Source of the DNA: Candidatus Omnitrophota bacterium
GTDB lineage: Bacteria > Omnitrophota > Gorgyraeia > 2-01-FULL-45-10
Length of the DNA: 64,000 nucleotides
NCBI GenBank assembly: GCA_003142795.1
Contig: PLNN01000019.1
Location: 51,991 to 115,990, forward strand
Direction: 5' to 3'
Shown in pieces: positions 12,001 to 24,000 of the stretch. Both the position numbers and the translations under genes were made by a program. Numbering within the stretch: the first letter of the stretch is position 1; each line of letters opens with the position of its first letter. Under the pieces are notes generated by a model, which worked only from the letters and a program-made list of their open reading frames with translations, searched no databases and was not told the DNA's origin.

Positions 12001-15000
12001 AAAGATGAATATTCTGAAGCCGTCAAATGCATTACAAAGGCGATAGAATATCATACCGATGAAGATGAGCCTGAATATGGCGACCTATATTATAAGCGGG
12101 GCATCCTTAATTTTTACGCGGGTAATATAGAAGATGCCGAGCATGATTTGGAAATGGCCGTAAAATTAAAACCCGCACTCATATCCTCCGTCATATCATT
12201 CGTGCATGAGCATAAAGATAAATTAGATGTTAAGTTACCGCCCGCATCCCCGCCACCGGGCCAAGGCCCGAGATTTATGTCGCTCTTCCTGCCTTTTATT
12301 ATTAGTATAGGCATTTTCGCAAGTTTTGGAGCCGTCTGGCGCGACGCGCATCTGAGTTTCGGCAGCATATTAGAAGCTATACAAAGCTGGCTCGCGACGA
12401 TGGACACACCGGCTGTGCTGGGGTGGGCCGGCAGCATCTCAACCGGGCTTGCGCTGATGACAGCGATAATTGCTGCGCCGGAAGAAAGATTTAATTTAAG
12501 CGAACTCATCTCTTCTTATAAAAAAGATGTAAAGATAAGGGGGTATACCGCGTCTGAAAAATACAGCGCTATAATAGCAAGACTTATAAAGGCAGCGGCT
12601 ACAGAAGAGATAATCGAAGCGCTGGATGATATCTTTGTTTCCGGGGTGGTAAAATTCCATATGGGTTTTTATACTACCGCCGGCATCCTGGAATCGAGGA
12701 TGAATCTCGTAACAAGAGTGCTTGCCGATGAATTAAAAATACGCATTGCCGGCAGCAGCGCCGTGCAGTCGCAAGAATTCGCCGCTTTATATAAAAAGAT
12801 AAAAGATATAAGAGATGCCGAAAAAGATGCCAGGCTAGGCTTCGCGCGCTACGCGCTCAAAGTAGAAGGCAAGGGAAGCGGTGTGCGTAAGCGAAATGTG
12901 CCTGAAACACACAGGAGGTTTGACGAGTACGAAAAATTCCTTCATATAAGTTCGCTGGTCGAAGATATAAAAAACCGCAGGGACCTTTTAATCGCGAAAG
13001 GTGTTCTCGGAAAAGACGAAGCGATGAACATGCTCGACATAGGTTGCGGCGAAGGCGTATTTCTTGAACAATTGAGCGAAAAACTTACGGAAGCAGGTAT
13101 AAAGGCGAATCTGACCGGAACGGCCCTGAGAAGGAGTGAGGGATGGGCTGAAATAGAGGCAGCGCATAGCAATATTAAATTCATGGAGGGGATGGCTGAG
13201 GCGATGGATATTGGAATGGGGACTATCCACTATGCCGTAAGCGTCTATATGCTCCATTATTCGGAAGATAAGCTTAAGGTGATAGAAGAAGTATACCGCG
13301 TTCTTAGTCCTTACGGCATAGCGAGGATACATAGCAACGAGGAATCTACTCAAAAAGGCACTCCGCGATGGGAGGTTCTATTCGGCCGGATGGATCTGGC
13401 CGGCAGTTATAAGCTCCGTGTCGAGGACGCATATGAGTATAAAGGTACGGACAAGGACTATGAGGGGCCGGCCCTTGTGATCGAAAAAGACGATCCCCGG
13501 GAAATGCCTTGCGATCTATTATTCCCATATACACTCGACTCAGAGGGATTTTATCATCCTATAAGAATAGCACAGGTTAGACGCGCTGTTCCATGGCTGA
13601 AGACGGTCGCGATGATCCTTTTGGCCCCCCTTGCTCTGTTAGTGTTAGAAGGGGCCGGCTGGCGCGACGCGCACATGAACCTTGGCGGGATATTAGAATA
13701 CATGCAGAGCTGGTTAGTGACGATAACCACCGCGCCCGGCGCGCTGCCTGGGCTAACAACAATTTTTACGATGGCAGGCTTTGCGTTTGGTTCATTTATA
13801 ATAAGCAAAAGAGACATATCATTATTTTTTAACAAATCATCCAAGAAACAAAAAAACCAGCTGCTGAACGGCAAGATCCAAAAGGTATGGCCGGGCAAGC
13901 TCTCTGGCGATAAGATCAATAAAGCGCTCGATAGCGCGATTGGACACCTTCCTGATAATCTGCAAGAAATAGTGATACTTAAATATTACGGCGATGGCGA
14001 TAGCGGGCCCTTAACAGACTACGATATCGCAGATCGCTACAAGGTAACCGTTGCAGCGATAAGGGATTCCCTTAGGCGGGCGCATAAAAGGATAAAAACG
14101 GATCTTTTGGAGCAGAATGCGGTAAAGGATATTCTGCCGTCATATCTCGATCCCAAAAAATTGCTGGAAAAACGCTTTTTTGCAAGATCGCATACAGACC
14201 GCGGCGGATTTGCGTTGCTTGATATAGCGGCAATAATTCCGCTTGCGGGCCTTATCGTGGCACTATCGGGATCATTTATTATTGGCATGGCGCTCGGCAG
14301 CCCGTCTGTATTTCTGCGCGATTACATCCATTTCGCCTCCGGCGCGTTTACCCTCCGAAGCCCCGAATGGTTAATGAATATCGGCGTAGGAGGGCTGCCG
14401 TGGCTTAAATACATTGCAGCCTCTATTTCTTTATCCGGATTTCTGATGGCCAGGTCCCGCAAACGTGATTTACGGCAAGCCCAGTCAATGCAAGCGTCGA
14501 AACCCCAGCCGGTCAGGCCGAGAGAGCGGAAATACCTGCGCCTATTGAGCGATTTCGAAAAGAAGCGCGCCCGGGTTATGAAGTTGGCGGAAGCCCAGCC
14601 TCCGGCGCCTTGCCGCATCGTATTCGACGATAAGAATATCGGTAAAGATAAAATAACGTCTATAGAGGAAACAGTACGCGCGCAATTGCCCCGTCTTCAG
14701 GAGATGGCGAGAACCGGATACGACATCTCTTTCGGAGCGTCCAGCCAGGATATATTACGCACCATATATATAGAAAGAAGCCAGCGGCCGGAAGGAGAGA
14801 TAGAGCTGACTCGTGACCGCGCGTTCCTCGCGCTCCATCTGCCTGTTGAAAACCCTGACATAGCCGCTAGGGCGATGAATGATCTGATGGAAAAAATGGG
14901 TAAATATCTCAAAACCCCGAATGTGGGAGTTACAACTATCGTTCCCGTTGTTCATAGCGACAGTGCCAGCTTTGGAAACATAGATTATCTCATAACCAAA

Positions 15001-18000
15001 TCGTTGCGTGACGCAAAGAATGAGGGCAGGCGCGCCGAGATCATCGTCGAATGCGGTGTAATACAGCCATACTCGTGCTACGAATCGGATCTCGAAGAGT
15101 TTAAAACAACGGATGCGTATAAAAGGATGAATAAGAAGCCAAAAAATCTTTCCAACATTTTATTTGATCCGGGCTTCAAAGACGCCCGCGCCGCGTTCTT
15201 AAATTATGTTCATGATGAAGAGCTCGATATGCAGGACGAAACAAGCAGAATGATATACAGCGGTTTTGATTCGAATATTAAATATATATATCCCAGAGAA
15301 TCTTTCTCAGCCCCGCTTTATATGCGTCTTTTCAAGGCGCAAGCCGTGCCTATCCATGAAGATATATGGGACGATACAACATTATTGTTCCTTAGGCTTG
15401 ATTATAATTCATTCGACCGCCTGAAGCCCAAGATCCCGGTTACCTTTAATGAGCTTACGCGGTTCGAAGATAGTTACCTTCAAACCCAGCTTGACTTCAT
15501 AAAAATAGCTCATATCCGGGACGCCCGCCTGGAAAGGCAGCTTGCCGCATTGCCTCTCGATCCGGATGTCAAGGACCGCCTCTTCATTCTCGGCGGAAAA
15601 CATGCGCGCGGGATCAAGAGATATTCTCCCGTTGCGTCATTATTCCAATTTCAGGATGAATCGGCGCATTGGCGGCAATTGAAAGATGTATATCCATTCA
15701 TGCATGCGCGAGCTACGGCAGAGAGCGTTCTAAGCGACGCGATACACGATTGGATCGACGAGAAATTTCCGGATGGAATTCACGACCCGACACCAGGATC
15801 GGATGAAATGCAATCGTTTATTGCCATGAATATTCCAGACGATGACAACTGGCGCCACATGATAGATATAGATTTCATCGAGTTCCTCCTTGGTTTATCT
15901 AAGGAACGTGCGGATAAGCGGCCGCTTACCGAGAAAAATCAAGTTCGCGTATATGGTATCCTCAAAACTATCGTGGGTGACATGGGCAGTGGAGATCTGA
16001 AAAAATGGCTTATAGATTATTGCAATACCGCGCCGGGATCTCAAAGTGCCGCAACAGACCTGATCAATCAGCGGCTGCGTGAACGGCTGTCATCGGATGA
16101 ACGCGCATTCTTGTTAGGCGATCCGGATTCGCGCATAACCGGCGTAGCATGGATGGGGAAGAAGAATTTCGATAGTCGCAGTATTTATAGCGCAAGTAAC
16201 CCCGTAAGAAAATCCACCGCAATGGTCGGCGGAGTAATTTTACGATCGGACCTTGGAGGGGAAAGCCATCCCGGAAAAGGAAGCGTTCCGGATGAGGACA
16301 GGTTAAGCGAAAGCGTTCTCGAAAACTGGATGAGTGTTATAAAGGATGGAAACAAATTAGGAGAAAAAGCAATACCCGTGGTGCTAAAGGGCGGCGCGGC
16401 ATCCGGAGATGAGAAGAGAGATTTTTATACATGCCTGCACTTCCTTACATTCAATGTGTATGTAGTACCGGCAGAGGAATTAAACGGCCGTAGTTTCTGG
16501 TACAGCGATGCTACAAACAGTGTCTATATAGCAGACCGCGCCTTTACGCAAGCAGAGCTGGCAAAGATAATTGGAGAATTGCAATACATTCAGGATCGTA
16601 TAAATGCCGGCAGGTCCGATGACATAGAGAATAGGGCATTCAATTGGACGTGGACCAATGCCGAACCGCCGCAACTCGAAAAACCCGTTTCGAGCGAAGG
16701 ACAAAATGATACGGCTAATAAAGCTATCGGCGAATCGGATGACAACAAACAGATCAATTCTGGCGGGGAACAGAACAATGGACGAAGGGCCAGAAGGGAA
16801 AAGAAGGTCGAAACGCCCGCCCAGAAGGCGGCAAGTTTTATACCCCCTATCAAGTCGGCGGTGAGTAGGGCGCTCGCCGGAAGCATCCTTCCGAATATGA
16901 CCGCTTTGATAGATCCGAAACTGAGGACCGCTCCGACTATTTTGTTTGACGCGTCTTCTTATAAGAACCCCGTATTAAGTATTATTGGTATAGTCGGCAG
17001 TCCAAAACTTATCCCGATAATCCCCGACCCACGCGTATTGAAGACCCTGGATAATAGCAGTCGGTATACAGCTCAATTTTCTATGGATGAGATCAATTTT
17101 CGTTTAAAGGAACGCCATCCGGAGACGGCCCTGTTAAATGACGAATGGACCGATCTGGCAGTTACCCAGATACAGGCATACCCTTCACAAAAGAAAAGAG
17201 AGTGGTTAACCCGGCAATTTTCCGTGCTCAGGGCCATTGTGGAAAGATCGACAGGCGCTTTTGCAAATGATATGGCCAAATATCCGGCCGAAACTAAGAT
17301 CGTGCGGGACGCCGCAAATAAACTCGAGATGTCGTATAGGACGGTCACGAAAAAGATATTTGAGCTGCAAAGGAAGCTTAAGGCAAAGAGCAATGACGGC
17401 TGGATAACATCCGCAGACGTTGCAGAAAACATGGATTCGCTGAAAGAAGTAATGGCGGCATGGCCTCGCGGCATCTTTGTTTTAGAAAAAAATAAATCGC
17501 TTCTTTCTGGCGATATGAGAAGAATGGACGATTGGATATTGGAGTTGCAGAATACGCTGCTGCCGTCCCTGAAAAATTATGACATCTTCAACCTGCTTTC
17601 CGATAAAGCTGTGGCGCAAATGCCGGCCGGTATATTAAATGAAGTCTATTATGACGCATTTCGGTCGGTGTGGCTCGAGGAACTGCGCGATATCGGGTCG
17701 AGCATTGCGGAATCGGGCGATGAAGAGCTTGATGGCTATGCGTGGGAATGCTGCAGGCTGGCTTCATACGTATTCGCGCTCGAATGGGAATCTGTATTTA
17801 CCGACTTAACCGCCGAAAAGGCGGTGCCTGCAGGGAAAAGCAGTTTCGTTTCAAATACGCCGATAGGCGGGGCGGGTATTTTATTATTAGACGGTGAGAT
17901 GCAGCCGCGCGAATTTATTCCCGGCGCCGGCACGATGGATGCCGGCGACCTTGCATTGAGGCACCATCCGTTCATGTTAAAAGAGCAGTACAGGCCGGGC

Positions 18001-21000
18001 GATCGCATAGTGATAGTCTGCCCTTCTACCACGGGTTTTCCCAATTTCGAACAGATCCACTCATATTTGGAAGACATGTTCGTCCTGCGCAGGATGCTTC
18101 CGGATTCTCCGCAGGTATACCTTGGAGTTGCGACTATTTCGGGAGAGATGCGCCTGTATGGGATGGCCGGGTCGCGCGAAGGCGGTGATCATTGGGCAGA
18201 GCTTATCAATAGTCTCTATGACGAGCTTCCAAAATACCGTAAACTTAAAAAGACATTAAAGGATTCCTTCGCTTTACATGCCGATAGAAAAATATACGAT
18301 AGATATATAGGCGATGATACTGAAAAGGATAAGAAAAAGAGGCCATCATTGCGGATAGGCAATAGCAGTACAGTTATCTCAAAAGAAATGGAGGATATCC
18401 TCGCAAAGAAAGATGAGGGGGAGATAGAAAAGATAGAGAATAATCCTATCTACATGATCATGAAAGATGTAGTGGAACAATTGCCTTTGAACATAAGAAA
18501 GTCTCTTATCGAAGGTTACGGCCGCGAAGAGGCGGACAGGATAATGAATGCGGTCATGAACAGGTTCGAAAAACAATTCAGGGACCTAAAGGCATTTTCA
18601 AAGACCATCTATTCGGTAAACGATCTCGATAAGTTTTTCTGGGAGATATCATCCAAAGTTTCAAGGGTTAACATGTTCATAGCCGAGTGCCGTGGTTCTG
18701 ATCTCCTCGATGAATACATAACTCGAAAAGGGTTTCTGGAGGTCGTAGAGATAGGCGGCCTTACCGTATCTACGAACCCTTCTCCAATACAGGGCCTGGC
18801 TCCTCCCCCTACACAAGGCGAGACTGCCCGCCAGAGCGTCCTGTCCAGGGTTATGCGCAGTCATGCGCAGTCTTTTGCGCCGGACAAGGTCCTTCGCGCG
18901 GGCAAATCTATCATCGATCAGCTCAGGAACGATGCCAGACAATCGCTTGACGGTAAATTGCTTCCGAATTCTGTCAGTATCCGTCCAGAGGTGATGAATA
19001 TGGGCGAAACGCTCATAGAAACAGACAATCTTTCCGTGGACAGACCGCTCTTTAATCTATGCTTCATGCATGATTTTCTTGGCATTTCCACTCAGCCGAA
19101 TTTTGTAGTAATCCCGGACCCAAAGAGCATAGCCCCTTATTTACAGCGATATAAGACCGTTTTGGACAAATATGAATTGACTACGAGGCTCGAAAAGGCC
19201 AACCCGGCCGCTAAGAAATTATACAATATATACCGCGATGAAAAGCCGGCGCCGGATGTTGATCCGGAACTATTGTGGAAATGGACGAGAGACCTCTGCA
19301 TCAACGCTAAAGAGGTGTTGGAAGAGCGTTACGGGAACATTTATAACATTGAACACGATATCGAAGCGCTTAAGGATAAAAACCCGAAAATTGCAGGCGA
19401 GATAGAAGATGCCAAAAACACGGTTGTGGGCCTTGTTAAAAAAGAATTTAAAGTAAGCCGTATGGCTATAGAGGCCTTTGATAGATTATGTAGATTTAAA
19501 AAAGACGATAAAATTCCCGCCTCCGAAGTAAAAAGAGAGATCGAGCAGCTTATAGCTTACCTTGATACATGGCCAAGATTGCAGTTTGGATTGAGAGATA
19601 CCCTTAACGATCTTTCTCAAGGTGAGGATTATGTTGAGTTCGAAATATTGGAAAATATAATATCCGAATTCGGGAAGGCCCTGAGCCAGCACAGGTTCCA
19701 GATCTTTGCAGAGCATTCTTTGCATAGTGAAGCCATGGAGCTGATCTATTATGACGCCTTAAGGCTTGCACTGTTGAAATTATGCACGGACCCCTCAGAA
19801 GGGATATTGCCGCGCATATCGGCATGGGCCGATCATAAACAAAATATCCCGGTTTCGATGAGAACGGACGTCTATCGCTTGTTTGATGAGACTATGGGCC
19901 TTGTGCAATATGAAGTGATCACCGATGCCATAAAAGAAAAAGTGCTTGTAGGAAAATCAGATGATAGATCGAGGGCGCATCCGCCCATAGGAGGCTTGGG
20001 CGTATTATTTCTTAGAGGGGCCGGCGAGGATAACGGTCAATTGCAGGTCCGGCGATATTTGCCCGGCGCTTACCTGTCCAGTCCGGGTAAAACGCAGTAT
20101 AACCCGCAATATGTAAAACGCTGGTATCAGAAAGGCGATAGCATTATTCTGATGTACCCTTCATACAGCGAATATCTCAATGCGGAAAGTATCAGGAATT
20201 TTGCGGAAGACTGTCTGAATCTCCGTAAAGATGTGCCCGGATTATCGGAAATACTGGTCGGCATTATGCAGCCAAACGGCGCTGTGGCGGTCTACCGCCC
20301 GAGGGCGCAGCTGGATGACGCTGCTGCATTGTATCAGTTGACGTTTAAGACCGCTGAGATCTTGAGCCCTTACCTATCGCAGTTCAGGGTTTATGTGGAA
20401 GATGAAACCTTTATATGGTTTTCCAGGGCTTTCACAGAATTTCAGAGCCGCAGCAAAAACATGCCTTTTAATAGCGGGGATGGGAATAGGCTTTTAAAGT
20501 TGAACCCCGATAGGTCGGTATTATTCAATATGTTCCGCCAAAAAGCAAATGACCGCCTGAGAAGCCTGGGAGCTATACTTGTCAAAGGCCTCGAGAGGTG
20601 CGGGTATGATCATAAAACCGCTGTTTCTATGGTAGAGCGGGTAAAAACACGCCTTAACGGTGAATTCAGAAAGATTAAAACGTTCGATGTCGCTATCGAT
20701 GATGGCCAGAGCGTCTTTTTAAATGATAAAGGCTTAAGAGAAGAGATGGAGACCATTGTCTATAAAGCTATAATGGCTGTCGGCGAAGAGATGGCGAGTT
20801 ATTTGATCGAGGACCAGGAATTATTCGAGCCGATCAAGATCCGCGGGCTGACAGATACAGATGAGGCCGCCAGAAAAAGAGAAGCCGCGAAAGCGCAAAG
20901 GCTGAAGAGAGAAGAATTGCGCAGAAAAATTGCAGCTATTCGCAAGACAAATTTTACCGATCCACAGGCTGTCCGTCAAGCATTTGAAGACAGCAAAATG

Positions 21001-24000
21001 CTTTTTGATAATGTTGCCGCGGCCGGAGAGATCAAAGGGGCCCTTGCTGAGCATCTTCATACGGTAATCGGCCACACGTTGGCCGAGAAATTCGTTAGAA
21101 GAACGCTCGATGATTCACAAAATATGTGGGAGGCGTTCCTAGGCGGCGAGGCTGTTGAAGCGGATGCCTTCTTCAATCTCGGCGAACGGCAGGCATTGGC
21201 AGAATTGGTGATGAACGCTGAATCAGGCAGTGAGGTGAATGGATTTAAAGCCGGGATCGATACAGCTCGCCAGCAATTTCCCATAATGGATTCCATCAAT
21301 GGCTGGGCGGAACTTGCCTATTATGTTTTGGAACAGGATGAGATCGGCCGGGACGATATAAACACTGCCGTAGAAATGATCAAGCCTATCGAAGAAAGCA
21401 TTAAAGGGCTTTCCGGCGAGGATTCACAGCGCGCGGAGGATCGTTTCAGGCAAATTCTGAATAGTTTTAAAGATAGACTAACCCCCGGCATTCTCTCCGA
21501 GCTGGAAGAGATGTTTCCTGACGGTAACGGCGCGGAGGATATTGAATGGGAGAGGCTTATAAGGTTATTACCTGGTTTAGAACTTGCGTGCCGTGTGTTC
21601 AGTGAGGCCGGCTTATATTCATCACAGGCTGAGCGGGATAAATTTGAAAAAGGAAAACTTAAAGTCCAAGCAGCCGTGGAGGAGCAGGGAGTGTATTATG
21701 AAATAGCCAGGCTGAATAACGAAGAAAAGGATACTGGGAAAACCTCTAAAGAAAAATCAGCGAAAGTCTTAAGGCTTAATATAGGCAATTCGCTGGTTTT
21801 TTACAACCGGTATAGCGGCAGGCCAATAAAGATAACGCTTAACAGGATTGAAAAAGGGCGGCTATACTTTGACGTTGATACCCCATTCGGACTTGTAGCT
21901 ATAGGGGGCGCTGAGCTGTCAAGAACGGCTTTTAATCATAATGGTGAATGGCGCAGTACTTCTATTAGAGAGCGCGCCGCAGACCATTGGAAAGCGGTAG
22001 ACGGAAGGCTGCGCTTTATCACTCTGTGCGGCATCGACCTGTTTTCAAGAGAGCGGGATTATGGTGTCGAGAACCGTCTCTGGGTTTTTCCGTATAAAGT
22101 GTTATATGGCTTGATAGAAGACGACACTATAATCGTCGAATCTGCCGATACAAAAAAGGACAATAAAAGAGATGAAGATAAAGTAGAATTTAAAAATGTC
22201 GATGCCGGTATATGCCTGCGGATAGATCGTGTATTACCTGACGGGACCGCTAACGTTGCTCTGGAAGACCCGCTTAACCAGTGCGACTACAATAAGGTCG
22301 AAGTTATTGAGCCGGCCGGGCAAAAGCCCGTGGCTAATTCCGCCGTCAATTGGCTGAATCTCGGCCTGGCGTTACTCGGTTTTGTGCCGCTTATCATAAG
22401 TCAATTCTTCGGGTTCGACCTGTATAATTTTATCCAGACCGCTGCGGTTATCAGTTCTATCTATGTTACCTCGTTCCTAATACATGAACTGAACCATTAC
22501 CTTGACCTATATGGCTACTCATGGAAGAACCTGAAGAGTTTCGTGACGGACCGACCAGCGCTTGAAGTGAATGCCGAAGGTATAAGCGTCTCCGGAGCGA
22601 GAGGAACTCCCGGGGTCCTGGTAAGTGCGGCATTAGGATACGTCTCATATCTTTTCATATCGCTGATCCCGCAATACGCGATTCCCGCCTTGATCATAAA
22701 CATAGCACTCATCTCTAAATCAGACCTCACGAATATAATGAAAAGTGATGTTTTTAAAGAACTGATCATTAAGATACGTGGCAGCGAATTTTATAATGCA
22801 CTGTATGAATTCATGTTAGAGATTTACAGTTTCGTCGCAGAAATTTTTAGCGTCTTTAATGATATTTTTCAAACTTTGGTATCTATTATAAAAGATCTTC
22901 TTGCCTCATTTGAAATATTGTTCGAAATATCATTCAAATCTGCCGAAGAGATGGAGCGAGAAAGAGAGCAAAGGAAAGACGAGGCGAGGCAGTTATTGCA
23001 TTTCTTATCCGACAACAGATATTCTCTCGGCCAGTTTAGCGCACAGCAGGTAGTTCGCAGGGTCCTCGATAAAGGTAAAACATTAAGGTCGTTCATATTA
23101 CCGGACGGCGTTTCGAGAGGAGTATCATTGAATGCTGTCATTAATGCATATATAAAAATAGACGGAAACCAAGAGACTGCGCTCAGTCTGAGCCAGAAGA
23201 ACGCCGTCAGCGATAATATGTTTGTCCGGCAGGAAGCGGTAGATTCGCTCTATAATTTCCTTCCATATGCTACGGACCTGGAAACATTCGAGGATATCTG
23301 CGATACGCCGGTAAAGACAGTAGAAGGTGGAGCTTCAACAGCAATAAACCTGTTCCTTAAGAATGCGGCCAGCCCGTTGGAGGCCCACCAGGATCTTACC
23401 AACACTATTATAGCTAAAATAATCTTTGGCAATTGTTCTGATCTACTGATCAAAAAGTTGGTGAAATGTCTGGGCTCAGCCGATAAAGATGAACGTCATA
23501 ATGCCGCGAACCTCTTGATATTGCTGACGAAGAGAGATGATGCCGACATAGTGAGCGCCATTGTCGGCGAGATCCCGAATATAAGAAAAGAATATTTTGT
23601 CTATAACGATGCGGAGATCGCGTATGGCGCGTATAGCCTGCTGGCGGGACTTGCAAGAGAGACAGAAAATGAGGCGATACTCACGGCTATAATAATAGAA
23701 ACACGGCATATAATCAGATATCTGAGCCTGGATGATGAAGCTATATGCGACAGGGTCAGATCAGCGGTCTATCAATTATTGTTAACAGGCAGAAAAAAAA
23801 TAATGGATGCCGTTGCCAGAGAGATCCCGGCCAGGATCATAGGATATATGAAAAATATCGAAGCCCCGCATGCCTGTTATGCCGCTCACGAACTTATGAA
23901 CCTTTTCATAACCAGCGGTTATCCTGTTATAGATGTCGCCATAGAAAAAAATCGCGCGGATATAAGAAAGATACTGATAATAAACAAAGAACTGAACGCG

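Noticed and set aside
4501-13722. Recurring tggcgcgacgcgca segments as CRISPR repeats or IS ends
   Set aside because: They are kilobases apart, in frame, diverged and protein-coding, with no cas or transposase genes.
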